From positions 1-33,497 of the forward strand of contig RKSA01000255.1 in assembly GCA_007571115.1 (NCBI GenBank): a stretch of DNA of 33,497 nt, written 5' to 3'. Shown piece after piece: positions 20,436 to 28,559 of this stretch. The translations under genes were made by a program, and so were the position numbers. Source of the DNA: Gammaproteobacteria bacterium (GTDB lineage: Bacteria; Pseudomonadota; Gammaproteobacteria; Pseudomonadales; Pseudohongiellaceae). Positions within the stretch are counted from its first letter, which is position 1; every line of letters starts with the position of its first letter. The notes under the pieces were generated by a model, which was not told the DNA's origin, did not search any database, and saw nothing but the letters and a program-made list of their open reading frames with translations.

Positions 20436-21722
20436 GTGGACGAGCTTTTGCAATACGACCCGGCGCGACTGCCAAGCGAACATCTCGACCCTCTTACCGG
20501 GCTGCCCAATCAGGCATTCCTCGAACAGGCCCTGCGCGAGGCGCTCGGCGACGGCCGCCCAACCACCGTGGCGCTGCTGCAACTCGAGAACTTCCACGAA
20601 ATCGGCTCCTGGCTCGGCAGGTCTGACGCGAGCTTCCTGTTTTGCGACATCGCCAGATTGCTGGCGAGCAGTCTGCCCGCTGGCGTCGTTCCATGCCGCT
20701 GCGAGCACCACGAGTTCGCGTTGTTGCTGCGCAATGCGCACAGCGTCAACGCGCGCCCGATCACCGACCGCATCAGGCAGGCGCTGCGATCGGCGGCATC
20801 GGAATCGATCCCCCGGCAACTCGAATTGCGGTTTGCGGTCGGGCTGGCCTTGGCGGAGCCTGGCGGAACCTCCCCAGAGGTGCTGTTCGCCCGGGCGCGG
20901 CAGCAACTCGGCACTGCGCTGCTGCGCAGGCACGGCGAAGGCCGGCTCGCAGCGATGCACGAAATCGACGGCTTTGATCCGGCCGGGCTCGGCCCCGCGC
21001 TGGAACGCAACCCGCTGGCCCTAAGCTTCCAGCCCATCGTCAGGCTTGTTCCCGATGGCATCGAGCGCTACGAAATGCGCTGCCATCTGCCACTCGACAA
21101 GGGCCGGCTCGCACCGGCGCGCATGTTCGAAATCGCCGTGCAGAACGCGCTTGGCGGAGTCATTGACCGCCAGATGATCGAACAGGCCTTGCGCATCCTG
21201 CGCGAGTCGGGCACTGCCGAGCTCTGCCTGTTCGTCAGCCTGACGCAGAATTCGCTGGTCGATGGCGATTTTTCCCGCTGGCTGCAAATCGAGCTCGACG
21301 GGCTGCCCCATGTTGCCGAACAACTGGTATTCCAGATCGGAGAGATCGACGTGCTCGTCACCCAGCATCACTTGCCGCACTTTTGCGAACAGCTTGCCCG
21401 GCTTGGGATTCGCCTGGCGATCGGCAACTTCGGCTTGAGCGGAAACCCGCTCCGCTACCTGCCTTTGCTCAATGCCGATTTCGTCAATATCGACGTGTCG
21501 AATGCCGGCAATTCCGGTGCTGGACGACATCAATTGCTGCAATCCTTGCAGGGAATCCGCGACGCGAACCTGCAGGTGATAGCCTCGTCGGTGGAGGATT
21601 TTGCAACCCTGCCCTTGCTATGGAGAGACGGAGTCGCGCTGGTGCAAGGCGGTTGCCTGGCCGAAGCCGACACCAGCCTTGCATACGATTTTCCGCAAGA
21701 ACGGCGCATCAGCGCCGCATGA
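20436..21722 (+). CDS. GGDEF-EAL tandem-domain protein with degenerate active sites (428 aa)
   Basis: The GGDEF domain opens normally (DPLTGLPNQAFLEQ), but CEHHEF occupies the GG(D/E)EF position. The EAL domain is recognisable (LSFQPIVRL, VSLTQNSL, VIASSVED, LVQGG). However, its EAL motif reads YEM, DDFGTG is replaced by GNFGLSG, and the KxD lysine is replaced (VNID). It has a GTG start with AGGGAGAA upstream. Confidence 0.75.
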   Translation: MDELLQYDPARLPSEHLDPLTGLPNQAFLEQALREALGDGRPTTVALLQLENFHEIGSWLGRSDASFLFCDIARLLASSLPAGVVPCRCEHHEFALLLRNAHSVNARPITDRIRQALRSAASESIPRQLELRFAVGLALAEPGGTSPEVLFARARQQLGTALLRRHGEGRLAAMHEIDGFDPAGLGPALERNPLALSFQPIVRLVPDGIERYEMRCHLPLDKGRLAPARMFEIAVQNALGGVIDRQMIEQALRILRESGTAELCLFVSLTQNSLVDGDFSRWLQIELDGLPHVAEQLVFQIGEIDVLVTQHHLPHFCEQLARLGIRLAIGNFGLSGNPLRYLPLLNADFVNIDVSNAGNSGAGRHQLLQSLQGIRDANLQVIASSVEDFATLPLLWRDGVALVQGGCLAEADTSLAYDFPQERRISAA

Positions 21723-21756
21723 GACGCTCGCAGCACCGTTCGAAGCCGTGAGCGAA

Positions 21757-21785
21757 TTGCCATCGCGGCGCTTGCCAATTATGCT
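21757..21785 (+). promoter_or_regulatory. Candidate sigma70 promoter TTGCCA-N17-TATGCT, placing the transcription start at or next to the ATG of the following gene
   Basis: The -35 hexamer is at 21757-21762 and the -10 hexamer at 21780-21785. The ATG is at 21794, with no Shine-Dalgarno sequence in between. Confidence 0.3.
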
Positions 21786-21793
21786 CTCGCACC

Positions 21794-23158
21794 ATGAAAT
21801 CGGTTTCCATCGCAACGCGCCTCGCGTCGATCGTCAGCCTCGCGCTATTGCTGGCGATGTGCGTGTTCTGGCTAGTCAATGGCTTGCACACGCGAATCGT
21901 CCTGCAGGCCCAGGCTGACCGGCTTGGCTCGACCATCGCTCGCCAGACTGCGGAATTGCTCGCCGAGCACGTGCAGGCCAATGACCTGATCAGCATCAAC
22001 GTCATTCTTGAAGAACTGGCTGCGGGCCCGGCGGTCGTCGAAGCGATGCTGCTCGACGAGCAAGGCGAGCGCGTGGCCAGCGCTGGCGCCGCCAGCGCCA
22101 GTGCGTCGATTCGGCTGCTGATCCCGCCGGCCTTGCTCAAGCAGCACTACGTTCACGGCGTCGAATTCCTCGGCGCCAGCCATGGCACGGTCAACATCGG
22201 GCTTGATCTGGGCTATCTCGAAGCGACCTTGAGCGACAGCCTGATCCTCGTCGCTGCGGCAACCGTGATCCTGATGATCGCGGCGTGGTGGTTCGTGTTG
22301 CGCTATTGCCAGACTTCGGTGACGTTCCCGCTCAAATTGCTTGCCCATGGCCTGAACAAGATGCGGCACGGCGAAATCATCGAATTCCCCGACACCACGG
22401 GCCAAGGCGAATTCACGAACCTGACGCGGCAATTCAACGCCACGGCGCGATTCCTGGCACACCACACCTTCCTCGAAAAGCGTGGCGAAGACACACCGGT
22501 CGCGGGCAACGAGGCGAGGCCCTCGCAAGCGCAAACCGAACCGGTCAGCGTATTGGTCATTCGCATGAGCAACTATCCCGCCCTTGTCACGGCCATGGGA
22601 CTGCCCCATGCCCTCGATCAACTCGAGCACTACTACCTCTTCGCCGGTGCGGCAAGCCGCATCTATGGCGGCCGGGTCAGCCACTACCACGAAGAGGAGA
22701 TTCTCGTGTCTTTCGAGCAGGCATCGCTGGCCGAAGAACACGCCTGGAACTCCATTCTTGCAGGGCAACTGTTCCTGCGGCTGGTCGGGCATCTGAATGC
22801 AGGGAGCGAAGGTGTTCGTGGCAATGCCAGCTTTTGCCTCGCCGCCCACAGTGGCGAAGCCCCGGCAAGATTGCACTCTCCGGTCACCGGGGGCACCGAT
22901 TGCCTGATCGGCGAAACGCTCGACCGGGCTCGGCAGATCTGCGACGGATGCCCCGACAACAGCCTGCTGATCGGCAGCGAATGCCATCAGCTCGCCGGCG
23001 CCGAATCGCGAGTGCCTGCCGAGCCTTTTGACCAGGAGGCTGGCGACGCTTCGATCGTGCTTGCGCTTGCGCCGACCGAGGAAATCGACGAGCTGCTCGA
23101 CCGCCAGTCGGCCCGGCTGATCGAGATGCATCCGGATCGCCAAGGCGGCGCGAGTTGA
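21794..23158 (+). CDS. AhpA/YtjB (Smp)-like membrane protein with a HAMP-like linker and a C-terminal cyclase-homology-like domain (454 aa)
   Basis: The N-terminal region (TM, about 130 aa, then TM) resembles E. coli YtjB as I recall it (LGSTIARQTAELL...LLDEQGERVASAG...GTVNIGLDLGYLEATLSD). After the second TM comes FPLKLLAHGLNKM. The last roughly 200 aa follow the class III nucleotidyl cyclase pattern (VSVLVIRMSNYPAL, GGRVSHYHEEEILVSF, FCLAAHSGEA, LIGETLDRARQI) but with non-canonical residues at the metal-binding positions. Confidence 0.6.
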   Translation: MKSVSIATRLASIVSLALLLAMCVFWLVNGLHTRIVLQAQADRLGSTIARQTAELLAEHVQANDLISINVILEELAAGPAVVEAMLLDEQGERVASAGAASASASIRLLIPPALLKQHYVHGVEFLGASHGTVNIGLDLGYLEATLSDSLILVAAATVILMIAAWWFVLRYCQTSVTFPLKLLAHGLNKMRHGEIIEFPDTTGQGEFTNLTRQFNATARFLAHHTFLEKRGEDTPVAGNEARPSQAQTEPVSVLVIRMSNYPALVTAMGLPHALDQLEHYYLFAGAASRIYGGRVSHYHEEEILVSFEQASLAEEHAWNSILAGQLFLRLVGHLNAGSEGVRGNASFCLAAHSGEAPARLHSPVTGGTDCLIGETLDRARQICDGCPDNSLLIGSECHQLAGAESRVPAEPFDQEAGDASIVLALAPTEEIDELLDRQSARLIEMHPDRQGGAS

Positions 23159-23244
23159 GCGGTTGCGCAAAAATCATGCGGTTCAACGAACTGATCGGGT
23201 AGAATGGCCGTTCGCATGTTGTCATTTCGTCTTGGAGCATTTCG

Positions 23245-24723
23245 ATGATGGATTTTGTTTCGCGTCCGGGCCCGTGTGCCGTTTGGCTCATTCGCCTTGC
23301 CGGATTGGCGCTTTTCCCGCTCTTGTTCGCGCAGCAGGCCTGGGCGGCGGAGGCAAGCGAAATGCTCGACCTGACCCGCTCGGGCCTGGGCATCGCCGCG
23401 CTGGTGATCTTTGTCTTGGCTTATGCGCTGGTCATCAGCGAAGAAAAGATCCATCTGCGCAAATCGAAACCCGTGGTCGTTGCCGCCGGCCTGATCTGGG
23501 CTCTGGTCGCGATTGCCTACGGCGCCGCCGGGGAATCGGCCCTGGCCGAGGAACTCGTGCGCCACAACTTGCTCGAGTTCGTCGAGCTGTTCCTGTTCCT
23601 GCTCGCCGCCATGACGTACATCAACACCATGGAAGAGCGCGGCATCTTCAATCTGTTGCGAGTCAAGCTCGTCAGTTCGGGCTTTTCGATGCGCAAGCTG
23701 TTCTGGATCACCGGCCTGATCGCCTTCTGCATGTCGCCACTGGCGGACAATCTCACCACCGCCTTGCTCATGGCCGCCGTGGTGGTCTCCCTGGGCGGAG
23801 ACAATACCCGCTTCATCGTGCTCGGCTGCATCAATGTCGTGGTGGCGGCAAACGCCGGCGGCGTTTTCAGCCCCTTTGGCGACATCACCACCTTGATGAT
23901 CTGGCAAGCTGGCCACGTGCAGTTCCAGGAGTTCTTCCTGCTCGTCGTTCCCTCGATCGCGAACTGGGTCGTGACTGCGGGAATCATCAGCCTGGCGGTT
24001 TCCAACGAGCGTCCCGAGGCGATTCACGAAGAGGCCAAGGTCAAGTTTGGCGGCTGGGTCGTGGTCGGCCTGTTCGGCGTCACCATCACCATGGCGGTGA
24101 GCTTCCACAGCTTCCTGCACCTGCCGCCGGTGCTCGGCATGATGACCGGCCTCGGAATCCTGAAACTGTACGGCTACTACCTGAAGATGCGCGATTTTGG
24201 CCACATGGGGGCAGGCGCTGCGCTGCCCGCCGGCGAACCGGCGTCTCTCGATGAGGTCGAGCCGTACCAGGGGCCCTACAACATCTTTCACAATCTGCAA
24301 CGCTCCGAATGGGACACCTTGATCTTCTTTTACGGAATCATCCTTTGCGTCGGCGGGCTCGGCGCTTTCGGCTACCTGGCGGTGGTCTCGGAATTCAGCT
24401 ACGTGGGGCTGGGCCCGACGACGAGCAACATCCTCGTCGGATTCGCTTCGGCATTGATCGACAATATCCCGGTCATGTTCGCCGTTCTCGAAATGGGGCC
24501 AGACATGGACCTCGGGCAATGGCTGCTGATCACCTACACCGCTGGCGCGGGCGGCTCGATGCTGTCGATCGGCTCAGCCGCAGGAGTCGCTGTGATGGGG
24601 CAAGCGCGGGGCATCTATACCTTCTTTGCGCATCTGAAGTGGAGCTGGGCGATCATGCTCGGCTATTTCGTCGGCATCGGTGCCCATCTCCTGCTCAATG
24701 GCTCGGTGTTCACCGGCGTATAG
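23245..24723 (+). CDS. nhaD: NhaD-type Na+/H+ antiporter (ArsB/NhaD permease superfamily, 492 aa)
   Basis: A polytopic membrane protein with a signal-like N-terminus, ISEEKIHLRKSKPV, and DNLTTALLM and DNIPVMFAVL helix-break motifs. GGAG lies 7 nt upstream of the ATG. Confidence 0.75.
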   Translation: MMDFVSRPGPCAVWLIRLAGLALFPLLFAQQAWAAEASEMLDLTRSGLGIAALVIFVLAYALVISEEKIHLRKSKPVVVAAGLIWALVAIAYGAAGESALAEELVRHNLLEFVELFLFLLAAMTYINTMEERGIFNLLRVKLVSSGFSMRKLFWITGLIAFCMSPLADNLTTALLMAAVVVSLGGDNTRFIVLGCINVVVAANAGGVFSPFGDITTLMIWQAGHVQFQEFFLLVVPSIANWVVTAGIISLAVSNERPEAIHEEAKVKFGGWVVVGLFGVTITMAVSFHSFLHLPPVLGMMTGLGILKLYGYYLKMRDFGHMGAGAALPAGEPASLDEVEPYQGPYNIFHNLQRSEWDTLIFFYGIILCVGGLGAFGYLAVVSEFSYVGLGPTTSNILVGFASALIDNIPVMFAVLEMGPDMDLGQWLLITYTAGAGGSMLSIGSAAGVAVMGQARGIYTFFAHLKWSWAIMLGYFVGIGAHLLLNGSVFTGV

Positions 24724-24752
24724 ATTCAGGGATAGCTTCTGCAGCAAACGAG

Positions 24753-25874
24753 CTATTCGAGGTCCCAGCTCAAGCTGATCGGCTCGCCACCGTAGTAGTA
24801 CACTCCAGGCGCCTCGTGCAGCGAATAGGCCAGATAGACCAGCACCGTCTGGCCTTGCAACCCCAGCTCGGCACCGATCAGCGGGCCAACCGAAGGCTCG
24901 CGAGAGTAGTGCCGACTGCCGAGAACCACGAGATCCTGCGCTGACGGGCGAGTCCTGAGCTCTCCCGCCGAAGGGATGTCGACGACATCTGCCAAGGGCC
25001 GGAAATACCCATCGACGTGACGCGCGAACAGGCTGCCGTCCTCGGCGACGGCGACGACGTGCAGGTTGCCACCGCGACCCCGATGGAACTCGTCCTTGAC
25101 GAAAGTGCCATAGATCGTGATCTCGTCCGAAGGCGAAAACTGGCTTTGGAAAGTCACCCCACCGTCGATGGTGGCGCCGCCGACGAACAGCGCGCTGGTA
25201 TCGAGGCCGCTGGTCGAATAGCCCTGGCCAAGCAGGATCGGGCACTCGTCGGGGCTGCCATAACGCACTGCCAGCGCACAAAGGTCATCGATCGACAATA
25301 TCGTGTTCCGCTCTCCCCTGGCAAGCCGCGCCACCATGATCGAGGCCTGCACGGCACTATGCCCAAGCCCGAGCGTGTGGCCGATCTCGTGTACCGCGAC
25401 GTTGTGAAAATAGTGCTGCACGGTTTCGAAATCGGGCTTGAACCGTTCGTTGAAGATGATGTCGCTTTCGATGATGGCAAAACTGCCCCAGTGGGTTTGC
25501 GTGAGGGCGTCGGCATTGAACGAAGTGTCGAAATAGCTCAGTTCTCCGCAAAGCGTCTCGGCGAAGGAGACCGTGCTGACGCCATTTTCGGTATTGCCAG
25601 TTTCATTCGCCCGGCACACCTCGCGCTGTTCGTCGGTGGCCGAGAGGTTCAGCACTCCCGATGCGTCCATCCATGCGTGGGTGGCGCTGACAAAGCCCTG
25701 GAAAAAGCTCCTGCCATCGGGGAGAAAGCCGGGAAGATGCGCATGGAAGGCATGGCTGTTGTCGCGCAAGGGCACCGGAATGCTCAATTCAAACGCCTGC
25801 ACGGGTCCGGCGGGCAAGAGCGCGACGGCAAGCGGCAGTGCTGGAGCAAAGCTGGAAAATCTGTTTGGCAGCAT
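24753..25874 (-). CDS. Secreted zinc metalloprotease, metzincin (matrixin/M10-like, 373 aa)
   Basis: The signal peptide is FAPALPLAVALLPAGPVQA. The extended zinc motif VHEIGHTLGLGHS (HExxHxxGxxH) is followed by a Met-turn candidate (ASIMV). A C-terminal beta-rich domain of about 170 aa follows. Confidence 0.8.
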   Translation of the reverse strand: MLPNRFSSFAPALPLAVALLPAGPVQAFELSIPVPLRDNSHAFHAHLPGFLPDGRSFFQGFVSATHAWMDASGVLNLSATDEQREVCRANETGNTENGVSTVSFAETLCGELSYFDTSFNADALTQTHWGSFAIIESDIIFNERFKPDFETVQHYFHNVAVHEIGHTLGLGHSAVQASIMVARLARGERNTILSIDDLCALAVRYGSPDECPILLGQGYSTSGLDTSALFVGGATIDGGVTFQSQFSPSDEITIYGTFVKDEFHRGRGGNLHVVAVAEDGSLFARHVDGYFRPLADVVDIPSAGELRTRPSAQDLVVLGSRHYSREPSVGPLIGAELGLQGQTVLVYLAYSLHEAPGVYYYGGEPISLSWDLE

Positions 25875-26022
25875 GAGTCCTCAAGATCCTGACAGGCGGC
25901 GAGCGCCCGACCGTTGCAAGCTTACAACGATTTTCGATCAGGCGCTCGCGCCCATCCGGCCTCGACCGGTTTCGCGAGGGCCATGCCAGGTGCTGGCGGG
26001 CAATCTGCCCACCGTGATCGCG

Positions 26023-26517
26023 TCACCGGGGGCGTTTTCTCGTCTCGCGCAAGGTTCGGCAGGGGCAGGCGAGAGCGTCGGTAACTCGCCCGGGGCGACA
26101 ATACCGCTCCTCGACAAGTTGCTTGCTGATCCCCGCCTTGCCCGCTTTTGCCTTGCCCGCCGACAATCTCGCGACTTGCCACGAACTCCAGACTTCGGAG
26201 ATTTCGCATAGCTTGAGCGGGCCTCGGTCGAGGGACAGGCCGATCGCGAACTGGCGGAAGCTCGTTTCGCTGCGCAGATGCGCCTCGAGTGACTCCGCGC
26301 GGATCGTCCCGGTCAGCCGGAAGCAGTTTCCCGACTCGGATCGGTAGCGGCAGATGACGAAACTGCCTTTCGCGCCTGGCAATTGCGAGGCGCGGTCTTC
26401 GCTCCAGTGATCGGGTGCGCTTGCAGCAAGGCGGACCGGGGTGGCGGCCAGCGACTGGGCTCCAGCCCAGGCAGCCAGTGACGACGACAAGATCAAGATT
26501 TGCAATGGCGCTTTCAT
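26023..26517 (-). CDS. Small secreted hypothetical protein (164 aa)
   Basis: I place the start at MKAPLQILILSSSLAAWAGAQS (signal peptide) with GGAGA 10 nt upstream. The gene is on the same strand as the metalloprotease and 148 nt upstream of it. No family recognised, and the C-terminal 30 aa look non-globular. Confidence 0.5.
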   Translation of the reverse strand: MKAPLQILILSSSLAAWAGAQSLAATPVRLAASAPDHWSEDRASQLPGAKGSFVICRYRSESGNCFRLTGTIRAESLEAHLRSETSFRQFAIGLSLDRGPLKLCEISEVWSSWQVARLSAGKAKAGKAGISKQLVEERYCRPGRVTDALACPCRTLRETRKRPR

Positions 26518-26656
26518 GTTCGGCAGGTCTCCGTGTTGACATCGATGGCCACACTGTAGTCGGGTTCCGGGGAAACCCCAGGAATTCGCGTGAAACAGTT
26601 GCGGGCCGATACCGGCAAGGTCGACAGCCCATGTGGCGAAACGTAGACTTCCAGCG

Positions 26657-26687
26657 TGCAACGGCAAATTATTCGAATTGCGTTGCA
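26657..26687. promoter_or_regulatory. Imperfect palindrome TGCAACG-N17-CGTTGCA (candidate operator) just upstream of the dihaem cytochrome gene
   Basis: There are perfect 7-bp arms at 26657-26663 and 26681-26687. The inner spacer is itself partly symmetric (GCAAATT / GAATTGC). The element lies 26-56 nt upstream of ATG 26713. Confidence 0.3.
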
Positions 26688-26712
26688 AGAAAATGTTGAC
26701 GGAGCTGGTCTA

Positions 26713-27594
26713 ATGAAGGTAAGAAACTTGCTAGTGTTGCTGGCTGCGGTGGTCCTGCTGGCGCTGGCGGCGGTGCTGTTGTTGCCGCCGCCAGCGGCGG
26801 ATCACCTGGAATTTCCCGATGACGCGAAGACTTTGGCGACAGGAGAGTATCTGGTGACCGCCGGAGGCTGCATCAGTTGTCACCGGGGAATCGATGATGA
26901 AACCGCGTTCAGTGGAGGGCTGAAGCTGGAAACAGACTTCGGCGCATTCCATGTGCCAAACATCACGCCTGACGAGGAGACCGGAATCGGCGGCTGGAGT
27001 GCCGGCGAGTTCGTTCGCGCCATGAAACACGGCCGCGGCCCTTCGGGCGAGTTCCATTTCCCCGCCTTCCCGTATCGATCGTATGCCGGATTGGCCGACG
27101 CCGATGCCCTGGCCATGGGCGCCTGGCTGATGGCCCTCGAGCCGGTTCGATATCAGGCGCCGCCGCACGAGACCCCCTGGTGGCTATGGCGACCGCTCAT
27201 GGCTGGCTGGAACTTGCTGGCGGGGTTCCATTCGCCTCCGGCGGAAGAGTTCGATTCGGCGCTGGTCGAACGCGGCGCCTATCTGGCGCGCAATCTCGGC
27301 CATTGCGGCGAATGCCACACGCCGCGCAATGCGCTCGGAATTGCCATCGGCGCTCGCGAATTCGGCGGTGGCACCGAGTTCGGCGGAGCTGTCGTCGAGG
27401 CGATCGATCAGGCAGCCATGGAAGAATGGAGCTTCGACAGTTTCGACCTGTTCCTGCTCATTGGCCTCAAGCCCGACGGCGAATTCGTTGGCGGCGACAT
27501 GAACGATGTCATCGAAAGCAACACGAGCAGACTGACCGACGAGGACCGGGACGCGCTCGCAGCGTTCTTTACCAGACATCGACAAGAGCAATGA
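26713..27594 (+). CDS. Dihaem c-type cytochrome (293 aa)
   Basis: It has an N-terminal signal/anchor (LLVLLAAVVLLALAAVLLL) and two CxxCH haem motifs (CISCH and CGECH). It resembles the cytochrome subunits of membrane dehydrogenases. GGAG lies 8 nt upstream of the ATG. Confidence 0.8.
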   Translation: MKVRNLLVLLAAVVLLALAAVLLLPPPAADHLEFPDDAKTLATGEYLVTAGGCISCHRGIDDETAFSGGLKLETDFGAFHVPNITPDEETGIGGWSAGEFVRAMKHGRGPSGEFHFPAFPYRSYAGLADADALAMGAWLMALEPVRYQAPPHETPWWLWRPLMAGWNLLAGFHSPPAEEFDSALVERGAYLARNLGHCGECHTPRNALGIAIGAREFGGGTEFGGAVVEAIDQAAMEEWSFDSFDLFLLIGLKPDGEFVGGDMNDVIESNTSRLTDEDRDALAAFFTRHRQEQ

Positions 27595-27691
27595 ATGGAC
27601 TCTCACGAAATTTGGCGGGCTCAGTGAACACGAACCGGGCTTTGCCGCGAATCCTGAAGGCCCCCAGGGGCCGTCGCCCCGGGAGACGAAC

Positions 27692-28009
27692 ATGCCGACC
27701 GATATCGTGCTATTGCAAACCGTTGTCGCCACCTGTTTTGCCGCGTCATTGATTCCGCGCGCCGTCTGGCGCCGGCACAGCGGCGAATACGTGGGCTTCC
27801 AGAGCAACCTGGCACTGCTGTATTTCGTGTTCCTGCTCAGTTTTTTCGCTGGCGGCGTCGCGGTCAACTACGACGCCTGGGAAACGCTGCTCAGAGCCGG
27901 GCTGATGGTGGCAACAACCTTCCTGATCGGCTGGCTGGTCGCGGTAATCGCCTATTGGCGCCGCTACCGAACCCGCCCCCGCAAGGGCACGCCTCCAGCC
28001 AGCTCCTGA
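27692..28009 (+). CDS. Small integral membrane protein, about 3 TM (105 aa), hypothetical
   Basis: GGGAGA lies 5 nt upstream of the ATG. Third codon positions are GC-rich, as in neighbouring genes. The hydrophobic segments are VLLQTVVATCFAASLI, LALLYFVFLLSFFAGGVAV and LMVATTFLIGWLVAVIAYW, and the tail is basic. Confidence 0.6.
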   Translation: MPTDIVLLQTVVATCFAASLIPRAVWRRHSGEYVGFQSNLALLYFVFLLSFFAGGVAVNYDAWETLLRAGLMVATTFLIGWLVAVIAYWRRYRTRPRKGTPPASS

Positions 28010-28086
28010 GCGGCTCGTGGCCATGGCCCGTCGCCCCGAAAACATCCTTCGCCAAAATTATGCAAATCCCTCTCACCATACCTATC

Positions 28087-28116
28087 TTGCCTGCTGCACG
28101 ATTCATTCACTTCAAT
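28087..28116 (+). promoter_or_regulatory. Candidate sigma70 promoter TTGCCT-N18-TTCAAT for the double-glycine peptide gene
   Basis: The hexamers are at 28087-28092 and 28111-28116, in a locally AT-rich stretch. The hexamer match is weak and the predicted leader is short. Confidence 0.25.
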
Positions 28117-28133
28117 TTGACAGGAGCAAGATC

Positions 28134-28406
28134 ATGAGAGAACTTACGATTGATGAGATGGAAAGAGTTGACGGCGGCTTTGGCCCATTCGGTGCCCTAA
28201 CCGGAGCGGCGGCAGGTGCGCTAGGCGCGGCGGTGTCTGGAGGAGGGTTCAAGGAAATCCTCGTGGGAGCGATGTTCGGGGCAGTTGGCGGATTCTTTCT
28301 GGGAGTCGCTGGCGTGAGCTCGGGCTTCACCCGCGCGATGTTTACCGGATATTCACTGCAAACTTCAGCCATCGGGGCGCGAGCCGTCCATGAAATGACG
28401 CAGTAG
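28134..28406 (+). CDS. Double-glycine-leader peptide precursor, class II microcin/bacteriocin-like (90 aa: 15-aa leader plus 75-aa core)
   Basis: AGGAG lies 7 nt upstream of the ATG. The leader MRELTIDEMERVDGG matches the GG-leader pattern in length and in conserved positions (compare the colicin V leader MRTLTLNELDSVSGG). The core has 17 Gly in 75 aa, six GxxxG spacings and no Cys, and is largely hydrophobic. Codons in the leader are A/T-ending (AGA x2, CTT, ATT, GAT, GTT), unlike the surrounding genes. Confidence 0.75.
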   Translation: MRELTIDEMERVDGGFGPFGALTGAAAGALGAAVSGGGFKEILVGAMFGAVGGFFLGVAGVSSGFTRAMFTGYSLQTSAIGARAVHEMTQ

Positions 28407-28525
28407 CCCTGCGCGACCGACTTTTCACTGGCTGGATACTGGCCCCGGATGCTGATCGGATTCTGTCAGTCATGATTCAGCCTTGCCGAAGAGTCTGGTA
28501 GTGGATATCAAGAGCCCTGTGTTTT

Positions 28526-28559
28526 CCAAGGGCGGCACCACGCTGCCCTTGGTTTTTTT
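28526..28559 (+). terminator. Rho-independent terminator downstream of the double-glycine peptide gene
   Basis: The 8-bp GC-rich stem pairs CCAAGGGC (28526-28533) with GCCCTTGG (28545-28552). The loop is 11 nt and is followed by TTTTTTT (28553-28559). The T-run is present only on the + strand. Confidence 0.75.

Noticed and set aside
21872-24519. 432-aa and 510-aa minus-strand ORFs opposite the YtjB-like gene and nhaD
   Set aside because: These are antisense shadow ORFs. The plus-strand products have coherent TM topology and family motifs.
24724-24752. Short inverted repeat (atagct-N13-agctat) between the convergent nhaD and protease genes, as a possible bidirectional terminator
   Set aside because: The stem is 6 bp and AT-rich with a 13-nt loop and no flanking T or A runs, so it is not convincing.
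25922-26632. 236-aa minus-strand ORF overlapping the small secreted-protein gene in another frame
   Set aside because: The translation is Arg/Pro-rich with no signal peptide or RBS. The alternative frame, starting at 26517, has an RBS and a clean signal peptide.
27595-27691. GC-rich mini-hairpins (ggccc-ccag-gggcc and ggggc-cgtc-gcccc) after the dihaem cytochrome gene
   Set aside because: The stems are 5 bp with no T-tract, so I cannot distinguish them from chance in GC-rich DNA.
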